From positions 1-64,000 of the forward strand of contig CBDDTI010000745.1 of the NCBI GenBank assembly GCA_965233585.1: 64,000 nucleotides of DNA, read 5' to 3'. Positions 29,541 through 40,255 of the stretch are shown here, piece after piece. Both the position numbers and the translations under genes were made by a program. Source of the stretch: a bacterium. Its GTDB lineage: Bacteria > SAR324 > NAC60-12. The first letter of the stretch is position 1, and the number at the start of each line of letters is the position of its first letter. The notes under the pieces were generated by a model. That model was given only the letters and a program-made list of their open reading frames with translations, was not told the origin of the DNA and ran no database searches.

Positions 29541-30743
29541 TCAAGGAATGATGTTTAATTGGCGTCCAACTTTGGCAAAGGCATTGACTGCTTGCTCTAA
29601 ATGCTGCTTTTCGTGAATGGCAGAAATTTGCACCCGCACACGAGCTTGCCCCATTGGAACAACAGGGTAAGAAAATCCAATCACATAAACACCCTCTAGC
29701 AAAAGATGTTCTGCCATTTGTGATGCAAGCTCTGCATCTTGACACATGACAGGAATGATAGGGTGTTCGCCCTCCAAAAGATGAAAGCCTAGTTTGGTCA
29801 TCTCACTGCGAAAATAGGTGGCATTGTCTTTGAGCTTTTGACGCAATGCTTGTCCTTGAGACTCCAATAGGTCAAAGACCTTCAAAGTGGCACAAGCAAT
29901 AGAAGGAGCAAGAGAATTGGAAAAAAGATAAGGTCTCGCACGTTGTCTAAGCCATTCTATGACTTCTTTTCTCCCTGCAATGTATCCCCCTGATGCACCA
30001 CCAAGAGCCTTACCAAACGTTCCTGAAACAAGGTCAACTTGGTCTATCACATCAAAAAGTGCTGGCGTTCCTTTCCCCCCTTTGCCAATAAAACCCACTG
30101 CATGAGAGTCATCAACCATCACCATCGCCTCATATTTTTCTGCAAGACGACAAAGTTGGTCTAACTTGGCAAAACTACCATCCATTGAAAACACCCCGTC
30201 AGTCACAATGAGTTTAATTTTGACACCATGCAATGTTTCAAGCTGTTGTTCTAAGGCGTTCATGTCATTGTTTGCATAACGACAACGTTTGGCTTTGCAT
30301 AATCTGATGCCGTCAATCAAACTGGCATGATTTAACGCATCGCTTAAAATTGCATCATGTTCTGTCAATAATGCTTCAAAAATACCTGCATTTGCGTCAA
30401 AGCATGATGAAAATAAAATCGCATCATCAACTTCTAAAAAGTCTGCAATCTTTTTTTCCAGCAAGACGTGAGGGCTTTGCGTTCCACAAATGAATCTGAC
30501 AGACGCCAGACCAAACCCATAGCGATTCATGCCTTCTATTGACGCATCAATCACTTCTTGCCTTTCTGCAAATCCTAAATAATTATTTGCACAAAAATTA
30601 AGAGCTTTGCCTACGTTCGTTTCAATCTCTATCCGTTGTGGAGAAGAAATTTCTCGCTCCGCTTTATACAATCCTGTGTCTTTGAGATTCTGAAGTTCCT
30701 TTTGTAATTTGGTCTGTAAATGTTGATACCCTAGATTTTTCAT
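29541..30743 (-). CDS. kbl: glycine C-acetyltransferase (2-amino-3-ketobutyrate CoA ligase)
   Basis: NFCANNYLG, SVRFICGT, DGVFSMDG, GTFGKALGGASGG, RPYLFSN. Confidence 0.95.
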   Translation of the reverse strand: MKNLGYQHLQTKLQKELQNLKDTGLYKAEREISSPQRIEIETNVGKALNFCANNYLGFAERQEVIDASIEGMNRYGFGLASVRFICGTQSPHVLLEKKIADFLEVDDAILFSSCFDANAGIFEALLTEHDAILSDALNHASLIDGIRLCKAKRCRYANNDMNALEQQLETLHGVKIKLIVTDGVFSMDGSFAKLDQLCRLAEKYEAMVMVDDSHAVGFIGKGGKGTPALFDVIDQVDLVSGTFGKALGGASGGYIAGRKEVIEWLRQRARPYLFSNSLAPSIACATLKVFDLLESQGQALRQKLKDNATYFRSEMTKLGFHLLEGEHPIIPVMCQDAELASQMAEHLLLEGVYVIGFSYPVVPMGQARVRVQISAIHEKQHLEQAVNAFAKVGRQLNIIP

Positions 30744-30943
30744 TGATTTTTAAGTTAAAGGTTTTTGGTGAAAAGTTGACTTTGAGTTCCTGTTAATGGC
30801 TCAAAATGGCAACATCAATGTCAAGGCATTGAAAATCCTGATTTGAGTCATAACGTTTACAATGATTTGAAGAGATTGGTAAACTAACAGGTTTTGCCAA
30901 AGTACAGAATTTAAACCAATCACTTTAGATTAGCAACAAACTT

Positions 30944-32656
30944 ATGAAATGGACTCAGAGCTTCATCACCACTTTTCGTGAATTTCCCCATGACGCAGAG
31001 ATTACGTCACATCGTTGGCTAGCCCGTGCAGGTCTCATCTCTAAACATGCCTCAGGTTTATACACCTTTTCTCCGTTATTTTTCCGTGTTGTGCAGAAAG
31101 TTGCAAAAATTGTAGAAGAAGAAATGAATCAAGCAGGCGCTTTGCAAATGACTGTTCCTTTGGTGCAGTCTTCAAGTTTTTGGGAAAAAAGCGGCAGATT
31201 GCCTGTTTATCAACAATCTAAAATCTTGTTTGAATTACAAGACAGGCATGGGACAGATTACTGCCTTTCTCCAACAGCAGAAGAAGCCTTTGCTGATTAT
31301 GTCAATCGCAGTATCTCCAGCTATAAACAACTGCCAATCACGCTTTATCAACAAAATGAAAAGTTTCGTGATGAATTTCGCCCACGCTTTGGACTTTTAA
31401 GAAGCCGTCAATTTATTATGAAAGATGCTTACAGCTTTGACTTAGACGAGGCAGGACTTGACTTGAGCTATCAGAAAATGCGGGAGGCGTATCAGAAAAT
31501 TTTTGACCGATGCGGTTTGAATTACATCATTGTACAAGCAGATTCTGGAGCTATTGGAGGCACGGGGTCAGAAGAGTTTCTTGCCCCTGCAGATTGTGGA
31601 GAAGACATGTTGCTTTATTGTGAAGGTTATGCGGCAAATGTAGAAAAAGCTGTTGCGAGTCCCCCAGCACCTTCTTATGTGCTTGAATCGGTGGAGTCCA
31701 AATTGGTTGAAACACCTGCCGTGACAACGATTGAAGGTTTAACAAAATGCCTTGATGTGCCAGCAGACCAAATCATCAAATCAGTTGTGTATCAAGTCAT
31801 TTACGAAGACAGCAAGGAGGTTGTGGTGGCTTTGATTCGTGGAGATTTACAGGTCAACGATGTCAAACTTCTTAATTTTTTGAATGCACTGGAGATAGAA
31901 TTTTTTGAAAAGGACAAGCTCCCTGAAATATTTGGGGCATCAGCAGGATTTATTGGTCCTATTGGACTGCCCGAGAATGTCCGCATTGTTGCAGATCATT
32001 CTATTGCAAATCTCAAAAATGCTGTTTGTGCTGTGTGTCGTGATGACGTGCATCAAGTAGGAGTAGAGGCAGGAAGAGATTTTCCAATGCCTGAATTGAC
32101 AGATTTATTGCTGGCTCAAGCTGGCTTCACCTCACCCAACAATCAACCTTTAAAAGCCACAAAAGGCATAGAACTTGGGCATATTTTTAAACTTGGCACC
32201 AAGTACTCTGATGCACTACAAGCAGGTGTACAGGTAAACAACCAATTCCGCCCTTTTGTGATGGGGTGTTATGGCATTGGTACAACACGCATTGCTAGTG
32301 CCTTCATTGAACAAAACCACGATGAGCATGGAATTATCTGGAATACAACCTTTGCTCCTTACCAAGTCGTTTTGATTCCAATCAAATTCCAAGATGATGC
32401 AGTAGCTCAAGTGGCTCTTGCACTTTATCAAGAACTGAAACAACACAATGTAGAAGTATTACTTGATGACCGTGATGTCTCTGCAGGCATCAAGTTTAAA
32501 GATTCTGATATGTTAGGCTTTCCAATCCAAATCGTCTTAGGTCAGGGATTAAAAAACAACAAAGTAGAATTGAAAATCAGAAAAACAGGACAAAAACAAG
32601 AAGTGTTACTTTCAGATGCTACCAGCCAGACTTTGGAAGTGTTGAAGTCATTGTAA
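30944..32656 (+). CDS. proS: proline--tRNA ligase
   Basis: KFRDEFRPRFGLLR, MKDAYSF, GIELGHIFKLG, MGCYGIG; editing insertion present. Confidence 0.97.
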   Translation: MKWTQSFITTFREFPHDAEITSHRWLARAGLISKHASGLYTFSPLFFRVVQKVAKIVEEEMNQAGALQMTVPLVQSSSFWEKSGRLPVYQQSKILFELQDRHGTDYCLSPTAEEAFADYVNRSISSYKQLPITLYQQNEKFRDEFRPRFGLLRSRQFIMKDAYSFDLDEAGLDLSYQKMREAYQKIFDRCGLNYIIVQADSGAIGGTGSEEFLAPADCGEDMLLYCEGYAANVEKAVASPPAPSYVLESVESKLVETPAVTTIEGLTKCLDVPADQIIKSVVYQVIYEDSKEVVVALIRGDLQVNDVKLLNFLNALEIEFFEKDKLPEIFGASAGFIGPIGLPENVRIVADHSIANLKNAVCAVCRDDVHQVGVEAGRDFPMPELTDLLLAQAGFTSPNNQPLKATKGIELGHIFKLGTKYSDALQAGVQVNNQFRPFVMGCYGIGTTRIASAFIEQNHDEHGIIWNTTFAPYQVVLIPIKFQDDAVAQVALALYQELKQHNVEVLLDDRDVSAGIKFKDSDMLGFPIQIVLGQGLKNNKVELKIRKTGQKQEVLLSDATSQTLEVLKSL

Positions 32657-32752
32657 GAACACTCATTCGTCATTTCAAACTAACAACACTTGACTTGAGA
32701 AAAAACCAATCAGCTAGACGCTTTGCATTGTCCCTGACAATGACAAAGACGT

Positions 32753-34930
32753 TTAGGAATGAGCAGGTAGTTCAATGCGGAAGTTTGAACCACCTGTTTG
32801 GACAGGGTTGTAGCGAATAAAGCCAAGGTGGTCTGATACAATTTGAAGCACGATTGCCAGCCCTAGACCTGTCCCATTTTCCTTGCCTGTGACATAAGGT
32901 TCAAAAATTTTATTACGCATTGCAACAGGCACTCCTGTTCCGTTATCTTCCACCTCAATCATTGCCATACTCAAATCTTTGTCAAAGCGTGTTCTCAAAT
33001 AAATGTCCCCTGTATCCACGATAGAAGCAGCGGCATTGTCAATCAAGTTCACTAATGCTTGTTTCAACTGTTCCGCATCAATATTCAAATCAGGAAGGCT
33101 TTCATCAGTTTCAATATGCAACTGAATATTTTTTGGAAAAACGTTTGAGAAAAAGTTTGCAGTTGCATGAATCACAGCATTTAAATCTCCTTTTTGTAAA
33201 ATACATTCAGGCGTTCTTGCAAATTTAGAAAACTCATCAACCATCATTTGCAGTTGATTGACTTCTTGAACAACCATAGTGCAATAACGTTTCAAAGTAG
33301 TCGCATCTTGAACTTGGGTTGAGTATTTACGTTGAATGTATTCTGCAGAAAGGCGAATGGGAGTGAGAGGATTTTTGATTTCATGGGCAATGCGTCTGGC
33401 AACATCACGCCATGCTTTAACCCTCTCAAGCCTTTGGATTTCAGACAAATTTTCGCAAACATACACACAACCCAAAAAATCTTTATCTTCGTGAGAATCT
33501 GCTAGCTTCAGGCAAGTGATTGTCAAATGCAAAGGTTGTTTGTCTGGATTGAGAACCAAATCTTGACGGTGGTGGTTTGACCTATCATCAAAGTTTCTCA
33601 TGGATTCAAGTTGAACAAAAACCTCCTGATTCAATGCACTTTCCAGTGATTGACCGACTTGAAAGTCTGCTTGAAAAAATTCTTTTGCCGCACGATTGGC
33701 GGTGGTCACAATTCCATCAGGTTGCATAGAGATGACCCCAGATTCTATGTGTTCAAGAGTGAGTTCAATGAAATGCAGGTTTTCTTTGAGGCGTAAGCGA
33801 TGGGCAAGAAGCTCCGCACTCATAAAGTTAAACGATGTGATGAGTCTTTCAAAATCTGTGTTGCTGTATGAATTTTTGTCTAATCGCAGTTGATACCCAA
33901 GCCCTTCTTCTTTGAGCAATTCCTTAGTCGCTTCTGACAAACGTTCAATAGGATAGACAAAACGTTTGGCAAGATAAAATGCAAACCATGTCGCACCAAA
34001 CAAAAGCAAGGCTGTCATAAATAAGAAGCCGCTGGTGTAATACACTCTCAAAAAACGTTTAGATTTTTGCAGTGATTCAGATTTGGAATATTGCTCATCA
34101 AGAATCCACAATGATTGTGCAACTTCAGGGGAAGACTCTCCAAAGGTTTCTATAATTTTTTGAGAGTATTGAGAGATGAGAAAATAACGAAAGATAAGCC
34201 GTGTGTGTGATTTTTGAGCCAAAAATAACCAGCCTTGTTGTTGTAGTTTTGATTTTTCTTGGGTAGATAAAGGTGACCATTCACGCTCTAACGATTCTGA
34301 TTTAGTCCGTTTGGCAATCAACTCATGCTGAAGACTATAAAAAGCAATTCCCTTAATTTGAAATTGTTGAATCACCTCATTCAATTCTTCCAACATAAAA
34401 GACTCATTTCTCATGTCAACAACTTGTGCCTGATTTTTGAGTAACTGAAACATGGTGAAGCTGTATCCCGAAGAAATGCTTTGCGATTGAGTACGTGCCT
34501 GTTCGTATTGATGATTCAACCAGTTATCCAGAAAATAAAAGTTAAAGCCTGATGCTAAAAAATGAGCAATGATGGCAGGGACAGAAATGAAAATGAAAGC
34601 AAAAGTTAAGTTAGCTTTGAAGCTCCTTTTACGACTGGATAAGTCAAAACGAAGTTTGATGATGTTTCGTAGAAATGAATAAAATGCAAAAAAGGCAAAC
34701 AGAAAATTGAGATTGAGGGTGACAAAATGCCCGATACTTTCTTCGGCATCATCAGGGGTGATTTGACCTAATTCTATTTGGTAGAAAATGAAAAAGAGAA
34801 TGAAGACAAGGAAGAAAGTTGCCTTGAGAATGCGTTGATATTCTCTGCGGGAGAGTAAGAAGAGGTTTTGAATCCTTATAACAACAGAACGGAATTGTAA
34901 GAGAACAAAAGAGAGTAGAAAATGTAGCAA
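32753..34930 (-). CDS. NtrY-like HAMP/PAS sensor histidine kinase
   Basis: AWRDVARRIAHEIKNPLTPI, NLIDNA, DNGTG, GTGLGL. Confidence 0.9.
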   Translation of the reverse strand: MLHFLLSFVLLQFRSVVIRIQNLFLLSRREYQRILKATFFLVFILFFIFYQIELGQITPDDAEESIGHFVTLNLNFLFAFFAFYSFLRNIIKLRFDLSSRKRSFKANLTFAFIFISVPAIIAHFLASGFNFYFLDNWLNHQYEQARTQSQSISSGYSFTMFQLLKNQAQVVDMRNESFMLEELNEVIQQFQIKGIAFYSLQHELIAKRTKSESLEREWSPLSTQEKSKLQQQGWLFLAQKSHTRLIFRYFLISQYSQKIIETFGESSPEVAQSLWILDEQYSKSESLQKSKRFLRVYYTSGFLFMTALLLFGATWFAFYLAKRFVYPIERLSEATKELLKEEGLGYQLRLDKNSYSNTDFERLITSFNFMSAELLAHRLRLKENLHFIELTLEHIESGVISMQPDGIVTTANRAAKEFFQADFQVGQSLESALNQEVFVQLESMRNFDDRSNHHRQDLVLNPDKQPLHLTITCLKLADSHEDKDFLGCVYVCENLSEIQRLERVKAWRDVARRIAHEIKNPLTPIRLSAEYIQRKYSTQVQDATTLKRYCTMVVQEVNQLQMMVDEFSKFARTPECILQKGDLNAVIHATANFFSNVFPKNIQLHIETDESLPDLNIDAEQLKQALVNLIDNAAASIVDTGDIYLRTRFDKDLSMAMIEVEDNGTGVPVAMRNKIFEPYVTGKENGTGLGLAIVLQIVSDHLGFIRYNPVQTGGSNFRIELPAHS

Positions 34931-34933
34931 AGA

Positions 34934-35395
34934 TTATTGTGTGATGAGGGTCTGGTAATAATTTGACTGATCTTTTTTCTCATCTGCAATGGTGTATTCC
35001 TCACTGTGCTTGACCAACAACTGTGAGGCATGAAAGGTCTCACCGTCCCATTTTCCCTCTACAACAACACCTTGACCTTCTTTGAACATATCAGGCTTTG
35101 CCCCCTGATATTTGACAGGAATTAACAAAGAAGTACTTACAACCTGTGAAGGGACAGGCATTTGGTCGGTGATTTGAAATGATAAATTTAAAGTACGAGG
35201 TTCCCACTGAATGCTGCCTTGTTCTACCAAAGCACCAACGCGAATGGTTTGCGATTTTAATGTTGTACCCTTTTCAATCAACTCTGCTGGTGTATAAAAA
35301 AACACAGTTTTTTCCTCAAGAGTTTGCAAGGATAATGCTATGATGGCTAGAAAAATAATACTGCCACCAATCAAAAATTTATAAGTTGTTTTCAT
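34934..35395 (-). CDS. ccmE: cytochrome c maturation heme chaperone
   Basis: FFYTP, IRVGALV, PDMFKEGQGVVVEG, KHSEEY (HxxxY). Confidence 0.93.
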   Translation of the reverse strand: MKTTYKFLIGGSIIFLAIIALSLQTLEEKTVFFYTPAELIEKGTTLKSQTIRVGALVEQGSIQWEPRTLNLSFQITDQMPVPSQVVSTSLLIPVKYQGAKPDMFKEGQGVVVEGKWDGETFHASQLLVKHSEEYTIADEKKDQSNYYQTLITQ

Positions 35396-35507
35396 TGTTT
35401 GATTTGGAATATTTATAACGTAGCTTTTTCACTCTGACCACATAAACTAAAACAGTCAATATCCAAATGCCATAACATGCAATAACATACTCTACATTTC
35501 CACTCAT
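35379..35507 (-). CDS. ccmD: heme exporter protein CcmD (42 aa, absent from the ORF track)
   Basis: MSGNVEYVIACYGIWILTVLVYVVRVKKLR...; single TM with YV..YG and basic tail, between ccmC and ccmE. Confidence 0.75.
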   Translation of the reverse strand: MSGNVEYVIACYGIWILTVLVYVVRVKKLRYKYSKSNNENNL

Positions 35508-35533
35508 AACGTTTATCCAAAAAATTCCATTTC

Positions 35534-36223
35534 TTAGTCTAATTTTGTTTGAAGTTGTGCTAATTGACGATGATATTTGTCTTTGATCTGTTCTGTTTGT
35601 AGCCTTAAAACTAGTAAATAAGCATACAGAATAAACATGGCAAGCACACTAGCAACGAGAGGGTAAAGCAGTTCAGGGGGCATAGCAGGTTTTTCAGCCT
35701 TGAATAATGTAGAGGGTTGATGCAGAGTTCTCCACCATTCCACCGATTTATGAATGATAGGAATGTCAAGAAACCCAATGATTCCGACAACTGATGCTAA
35801 TTTTGCCTCCACATGCCTTTCTGTTGAAAATGCACGAAGCAAGAAATATCCACAGAAAATCAAAAATAACAACAATGTTGTTGTCAAACGTGCGTCCCAA
35901 ACCCAATAAGTTCCCCATGTCGGTTTGCCCCAGATAGCCCCTGTAACCAATGTCAATCCGCAGAAAATTAAACCAATTTCTGCAGAAGATTTTGCAACAT
36001 AATCAAAGCCAAAACTTCTCTTCCACAAATACATGAAGCTATAAACAAAAGTGACGAAAAATGCCAAGTAAGTGACAAAAACCGATGGGACATGCAAATA
36101 CATAATTTTTTGAACAAATCCCATTTCAAGATTCAAAGGAGTCCATAAGAAAATCCATAAGGAACAACCTATCAAAGAAACCAGCGAGGCTAATTCAAGG
36201 GGGACAATCCAACGTTTCATCAA
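35534..36223 (-). CDS. ccmC: heme exporter protein CcmC
   Basis: YLHVP, WGKPTWGTYWVWDARLT, WWRTLHQ. Confidence 0.95.
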   Translation of the reverse strand: MMKRWIVPLELASLVSLIGCSLWIFLWTPLNLEMGFVQKIMYLHVPSVFVTYLAFFVTFVYSFMYLWKRSFGFDYVAKSSAEIGLIFCGLTLVTGAIWGKPTWGTYWVWDARLTTTLLLFLIFCGYFLLRAFSTERHVEAKLASVVGIIGFLDIPIIHKSVEWWRTLHQPSTLFKAEKPAMPPELLYPLVASVLAMFILYAYLLVLRLQTEQIKDKYHRQLAQLQTKLD

Positions 36224-37650
36224 TCTAAATATTTTTTAAGGAGTTGATTAATAGTTGTAGGGTTGGCTTGCCCTCGTGAGGCTTTCATCACTTGACCTAC
36301 AAAAAAGCCAAACACTTTAGTTTTACCCTCACGATATTGTGTCAGTTGGTCAGGAAATTGAGCAATGATGTCTTGCACCATTTTTGACAACTCGTCTTCA
36401 TTGCTGACTTGTTCCAAGCCTTTGTCCTTTGCAATCTTACTTGCAGACTGCTTGTTTCCTAGCATTTCTGTCAACACCACCTTTGCTGCAGACGAACTAA
36501 TTTTCCCTTGTTCAATCATTTGCAAAAGCTCGCTTAAACGTTCAAAACTAAGCACCTTGTCCAAATCTTCAGATTCAGGAGATGCCACATGAGTTAAGAC
36601 TTGAAGTGTCCAGTTGTATGCTAGTTTGGCAGATGTTCCACTATTGACCAAATTTTCAAAATAATTAGAAACATAACGTTGTTTTGCAAGAGATTCTGCA
36701 TCTTCAAACTTCATTTTGTATTGATTGACAAACCGTTCCATTCGTTTGTCAGGTAGTTCAGGCAAAGACTTTTCAATAGACTCCAACCAGTCTTGCTCAA
36801 TGGTAACAACAGGCAAATCGGGGTCTGGAAAATAGCGATAATCGTGAGAGTCTTCTTTGCGTCTCATCATGTAGGTCATCTTTTTACTCTCATTCCAAAG
36901 ACGAGTCTCTTGCAGAACCTGACCCCCAGAGTTTAAAATGTCTTCCTGCCTAACAATTTCATAGTCTAGTGCTTGTTGTAAGAAGCGGAAAGAATTGAGG
37001 TTTTTGATTTCTACACGTGTACCAAAAGCTGTCTCTCCAACAGGACGCAACGAGATATTGGCGTCACAACGCAAATTCCCCTTCTCCATGTTCGCATCAG
37101 AAATTCCCAAATACACCACGAGCGAACGGACTTTTTCCATGTACAATCTTGCCTCTAGTGGAGTTTGCAAGACGGGGTTACTCACAATTTCCAAAAGTGG
37201 AGAACCCGCACGATTGAGGTCAATCAAACTCTGTCTTCCACTGGGGTCGTGAACCAACTTGCCTGCATCTTCTTCCATGTGAATATGGTGCAGGCTAATC
37301 TCTTTGGCTTGCTGATTAGGATAAATAGTGACTTGACCACCAATGCAGATAGGTCGCTCATCTTGAGAAATTTGATAACCTTTGGGAAGGTCGGGGTAAA
37401 AATAATGCTTGCGTGCAAATTGAGAGCGACGGTTGATGGCGCTTTTGGTAGCTAGCCCCAAAAGCATAGCTGATTCTACAACTTTTTCATTGAGAACAGG
37501 CAAAGTACCGGGTAACCCATAACAATATTCTGATGTATTGGTATTGGGTTCATGGCTAAATTCTGAAGGTGCAGTAGAAAAGATTTTGGAGTGTAACGAC
37601 AACTGCACATGAATTTCCAGCCCGATGACAGGCTCAAAATTAACAGGCAT
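36220..37650 (-). CDS. gatB: Asp/Glu-tRNA amidotransferase subunit B
   Basis: IGLEIHVQL, YFYPDLPKGYQISQ, DYRYFPDPDL, FFVGQVMK. Confidence 0.97.
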   Translation of the reverse strand: MPVNFEPVIGLEIHVQLSLHSKIFSTAPSEFSHEPNTNTSEYCYGLPGTLPVLNEKVVESAMLLGLATKSAINRRSQFARKHYFYPDLPKGYQISQDERPICIGGQVTIYPNQQAKEISLHHIHMEEDAGKLVHDPSGRQSLIDLNRAGSPLLEIVSNPVLQTPLEARLYMEKVRSLVVYLGISDANMEKGNLRCDANISLRPVGETAFGTRVEIKNLNSFRFLQQALDYEIVRQEDILNSGGQVLQETRLWNESKKMTYMMRRKEDSHDYRYFPDPDLPVVTIEQDWLESIEKSLPELPDKRMERFVNQYKMKFEDAESLAKQRYVSNYFENLVNSGTSAKLAYNWTLQVLTHVASPESEDLDKVLSFERLSELLQMIEQGKISSSAAKVVLTEMLGNKQSASKIAKDKGLEQVSNEDELSKMVQDIIAQFPDQLTQYREGKTKVFGFFVGQVMKASRGQANPTTINQLLKKYLD

Positions 37651-37696
37651 AGATGAAGAATGGAGAATCAAACGAGTTAAACTGAAATAGACAGAG

Positions 37697-38659
37697 TCAT
37701 GTCATTGAATGGTTTTGAGCATACTGCTCCAATTTTTCCAAATCACGGCTAAAAAGTCTAATCCCTTCTGCAATTTTATCGTTTGCCATAGCGTCCTCAT
37801 TGATTGCCCAACGAAACGTCTCTTCATCAAAAGACAGCCTTTCTAGTGATTTGTCACATTGGTCTGAACTTAAACGTTGTGGCAAGTGTTCACTGGTATT
37901 TTGGAGTTCTTCTAGCAAAGTAGGGCTAATAGTCAGATAATCGCAACCTGCAAGCTCTGTGATTTGAGAAGTACTGCGGAAACTTGCCCCCATGATGATT
38001 GTTGGATAATCACACGTTTTGTAATAATTGTGAATTTGTTTGACTCTCTCTACACCGGGGTCAGAAACTGGGTCGTATTGAAAACTCTCATCATGCCTCT
38101 TATGCCAGTCCAAAATCCTTCCAACAAAAGGTGAAATCAGAAAAACTCCAGACTCTGCACAAGCCACAGCTTGCGCAAGATGAAACAAAAGCGTTAAATT
38201 GCAATGAATGCCCTCACTTTCCAGTTGTTTTGCAGCCTGAATGCCTTCCCACGTTGCCGCAATTTTGATTAAAATACGTTCTTGCTCAACACCCCTTTCT
38301 TTGTAAAGATCAATCAGCCTTCTCGCTCTCAGATAAGTTTGTTTGGCATCAAATGAAAGCCTTGCATCAACCTCCGTTGAGACTCGCCCGGGTATATGCT
38401 TCAAGATTTCCACGCCAAAAGTGACGCTTGCTTGGTCTAAAACATTTTTGAGGTATGCTTCTTGACCTCCTCCTTGCTGATCTGCCCACTCAACAGCCTG
38501 AGTCAGTAAAGGAGCATATTCGGGCATCTGTGACGCTTTGTAAATCAGGCTTGGGTTCGTTGTTGCATCTTGAGGTTTGTATGCCTCAATCGCTTGAATA
38601 TCCCCAGTATCTGCGACAACAACCGTTATTTGCTTCAGCTGTTCAAGTTGACTCTTCAT
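37697..38659 (-). CDS. tal: transaldolase
   Basis: [36 protein letters not shown]; the ORF-track N-extension runs into tRNA-Asn, so true start is 38659. Confidence 0.96.
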   Translation of the reverse strand: MKSQLEQLKQITVVVADTGDIQAIEAYKPQDATTNPSLIYKASQMPEYAPLLTQAVEWADQQGGGQEAYLKNVLDQASVTFGVEILKHIPGRVSTEVDARLSFDAKQTYLRARRLIDLYKERGVEQERILIKIAATWEGIQAAKQLESEGIHCNLTLLFHLAQAVACAESGVFLISPFVGRILDWHKRHDESFQYDPVSDPGVERVKQIHNYYKTCDYPTIIMGASFRSTSQITELAGCDYLTISPTLLEELQNTSEHLPQRLSSDQCDKSLERLSFDEETFRWAINEDAMANDKIAEGIRLFSRDLEKLEQYAQNHSMT

Positions 38660-38715
38660 ACACCCCAAAGAAAGGGAAAAAGCAGGACAAAGAAGTTGAT
38701 TTGATTTGAAAGGAG

Positions 38716-38791
38716 TGGCTCCCCAACGCGGACTCGAACCACGGACCCAGTGGTTAACAGCCACTTGCTCTACCAACTGAGCTATTGGGGA
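38716..38791 (-). tRNA. tRNA-Asn(GTT)
   Basis: 76-nt cloverleaf, CT-GTT-AA loop, encoded CCA. Confidence 0.95.
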
Positions 38792-38808
38792 ACTCAATGA
38801 AACGCAGG

Positions 38809-38837
38809 ATTATACGAAAACGTCTTCCGTAAGTCAA
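38809..38837 (-). promoter_or_regulatory. sigma70 promoter for tRNA-Asn/tal
   Basis: TTGACT-17-TATAAT. Confidence 0.7.
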
Positions 38838-38845
38838 GGATTTTT

Positions 38846-39337
38846 TTACTTGCGACGATGCCCCTCAATCATTTTTTTAAATTTTTGTAAATTAGCCCAA
38901 AAATGGACATCTTGAGTGGGGGAAAGCATTGGTGATTCTGCATCAGGAAGTGATTTTGTCTCAGGAGTATGAAGAATCAGGTGACGCAGTTGATTCAGTC
39001 CTTTGCTAAATTCTTCAAATTCTTGTGAATCTTCTGTTAGTTTTTCAGATTTTTTGCAGGGTTGATGGGATTGAATCAATTTTTTTAGGTTTTGTAATTG
39101 GAGGTCAAAACGGTCATATTTTTTTTCTGCCACCTCAGTCGTGTTCCTTCTTTTTGAAGGATTATGGCAACGAATCAAAGCCTTGAGATTTTGCAACCGA
39201 TTATAAAAAACAACGTGTTCTTCGTCTGAGTTTTCAAGGTCATCGGGGGGCCAGCTTGCAAGAAAACAGGTCTCATGCAATGCCATTCCCAGATCACCGA
39301 GCGACTCTAAAAAATCTTCTTGTTGGGGGTTCGTCAT
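38846..39337 (-). CDS. hypothetical protein with four internal helical repeats
   Basis: F...L..LK.LI..H.P repeated four times; the ORF-track start lies inside tRNA-Ala, so likely start is ATG 39337. Confidence 0.6.
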   Translation of the reverse strand: MTNPQQEDFLESLGDLGMALHETCFLASWPPDDLENSDEEHVVFYNRLQNLKALIRCHNPSKRRNTTEVAEKKYDRFDLQLQNLKKLIQSHQPCKKSEKLTEDSQEFEEFSKGLNQLRHLILHTPETKSLPDAESPMLSPTQDVHFWANLQKFKKMIEGHRRK

Positions 39338-39343
39338 AAGAAG

Positions 39344-39419
39344 TGGTGGAGACGAGGGGGATCGAACCCCTGACCTCAACGCTGCCAGCGTTGCGCTCTC
39401 CCAGCTGAGCTACGCCCCC
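39344..39419 (-). tRNA. tRNA-Ala(GGC)
   Basis: GGGGGCGTAGCTCAGCTGGGAGAGCG..CTGGCAG..CCACCA. Confidence 0.95.
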
Positions 39420-39447
39420 CAATCAAAATGAAACAAAGGTAAAAAAT

Positions 39448-39523
39448 TGGTACTCCCAAGGGGATTTGAACCCCTGTTGCCGCCGTGAAAGGGCGATGTC
39501 CTAGGCCTCTAGACGATGGGAGC
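39448..39523 (-). tRNA. tRNA-Glu(TTC)
   Basis: GCTCCCATCGTCTAGAGGCCTAGGAC..CTTTCAC..ACCA. Confidence 0.95.
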
Positions 39524-39553
39524 ATGTCTTGTAAGGAATAAGAAAAGCCAAAT

Positions 39554-39582
39554 ATTCTAGCTGACAACAATTTGGCTGTCAA
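39554..39582 (-). promoter_or_regulatory. sigma70 promoter for tRNA-Glu/Ala
   Basis: TTGACA-17-TAGAAT. Confidence 0.7.
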
Positions 39583-39614
39583 GCAAAAATCTAAATTAGC
39601 TTTCCTTGTGGAAT

Positions 39615-40046
39615 TTAGTGAGAAGAATTAACAAGTTCTGTGTGAGAAAAAAAATAATGAATCTCAATCTTTGCATTTTCAAGGCTATCAGACCCATGCA
39701 CTGTGTTTTCTTCAATACTCTCTGCATATTGCCTACGAATTGTCCCTTCTTCCGCATCTTTAGGATTAGTTGCCCCCATGATTTGACGATTTTTGGAAAC
39801 AGCTTCTTCTCCCTCTAAAACCAATGCAACAATCGGCTTTGATGACATCATCGTTGTCAAGTCGTCAAAAAAGGGACGTTCCCGATGCACTGCATAAAAT
39901 CCTGCTGCTTCTTTTTTGGAAAGATGAATCATCTTCATTGCAACAATTCTCAATCCATTCTCTTCAAACTTTGACAAAATTCTCCCAACAAAATGACGTT
40001 TCACTCCATCAGGTTTAATCAACGATAACGTTTGCTCTAATGCCAT
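39615..40046 (-). CDS. ndk: nucleoside diphosphate kinase
   Basis: [27 protein letters not shown]. Confidence 0.97.
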   Translation of the reverse strand: MALEQTLSLIKPDGVKRHFVGRILSKFEENGLRIVAMKMIHLSKKEAAGFYAVHRERPFFDDLTTMMSSKPIVALVLEGEEAVSKNRQIMGATNPKDAEEGTIRRQYAESIEENTVHGSDSLENAKIEIHYFFSHTELVNSSH

Positions 40047-40170
40047 CACCTATTCCTCTAATAAATTGTAAATAAAAACCCGCCATTTTCTCAAAACCCA
40101 TTATGAAAAGCAAGGGTTAAGATGACTTTTCAAGACTAAGTTTCAAACTTTCCCCTCACCTTGCGTTTAA

Positions 40171-40255
40171 GTCATGGTTGACCTTGGAAACCATCATTGC
40201 TCACCTTGATCCGCAATCTCTACACAACCGTCATTGCGGACTTCCTCCGCAATCT
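40171..40255. repeat. palindromic REP-like repeat cluster 1
   Basis: GTCATTGCGGA..TCCGCAATCT and CATTGCTCACCTTGATCCGCAATCTC units. Confidence 0.75.

Noticed and set aside
38660..38797. N-terminal extension of transaldolase; also ORFs 39376-39582, 51352-51729, 51524-51745 and 51529-51735
   Set aside because: They overlap tRNA genes and are spurious frames.
38716..39523. tRNAs as integration sites for a prophage or island
   Set aside because: No integrase and no duplicated tRNA 3' end seen in the window.
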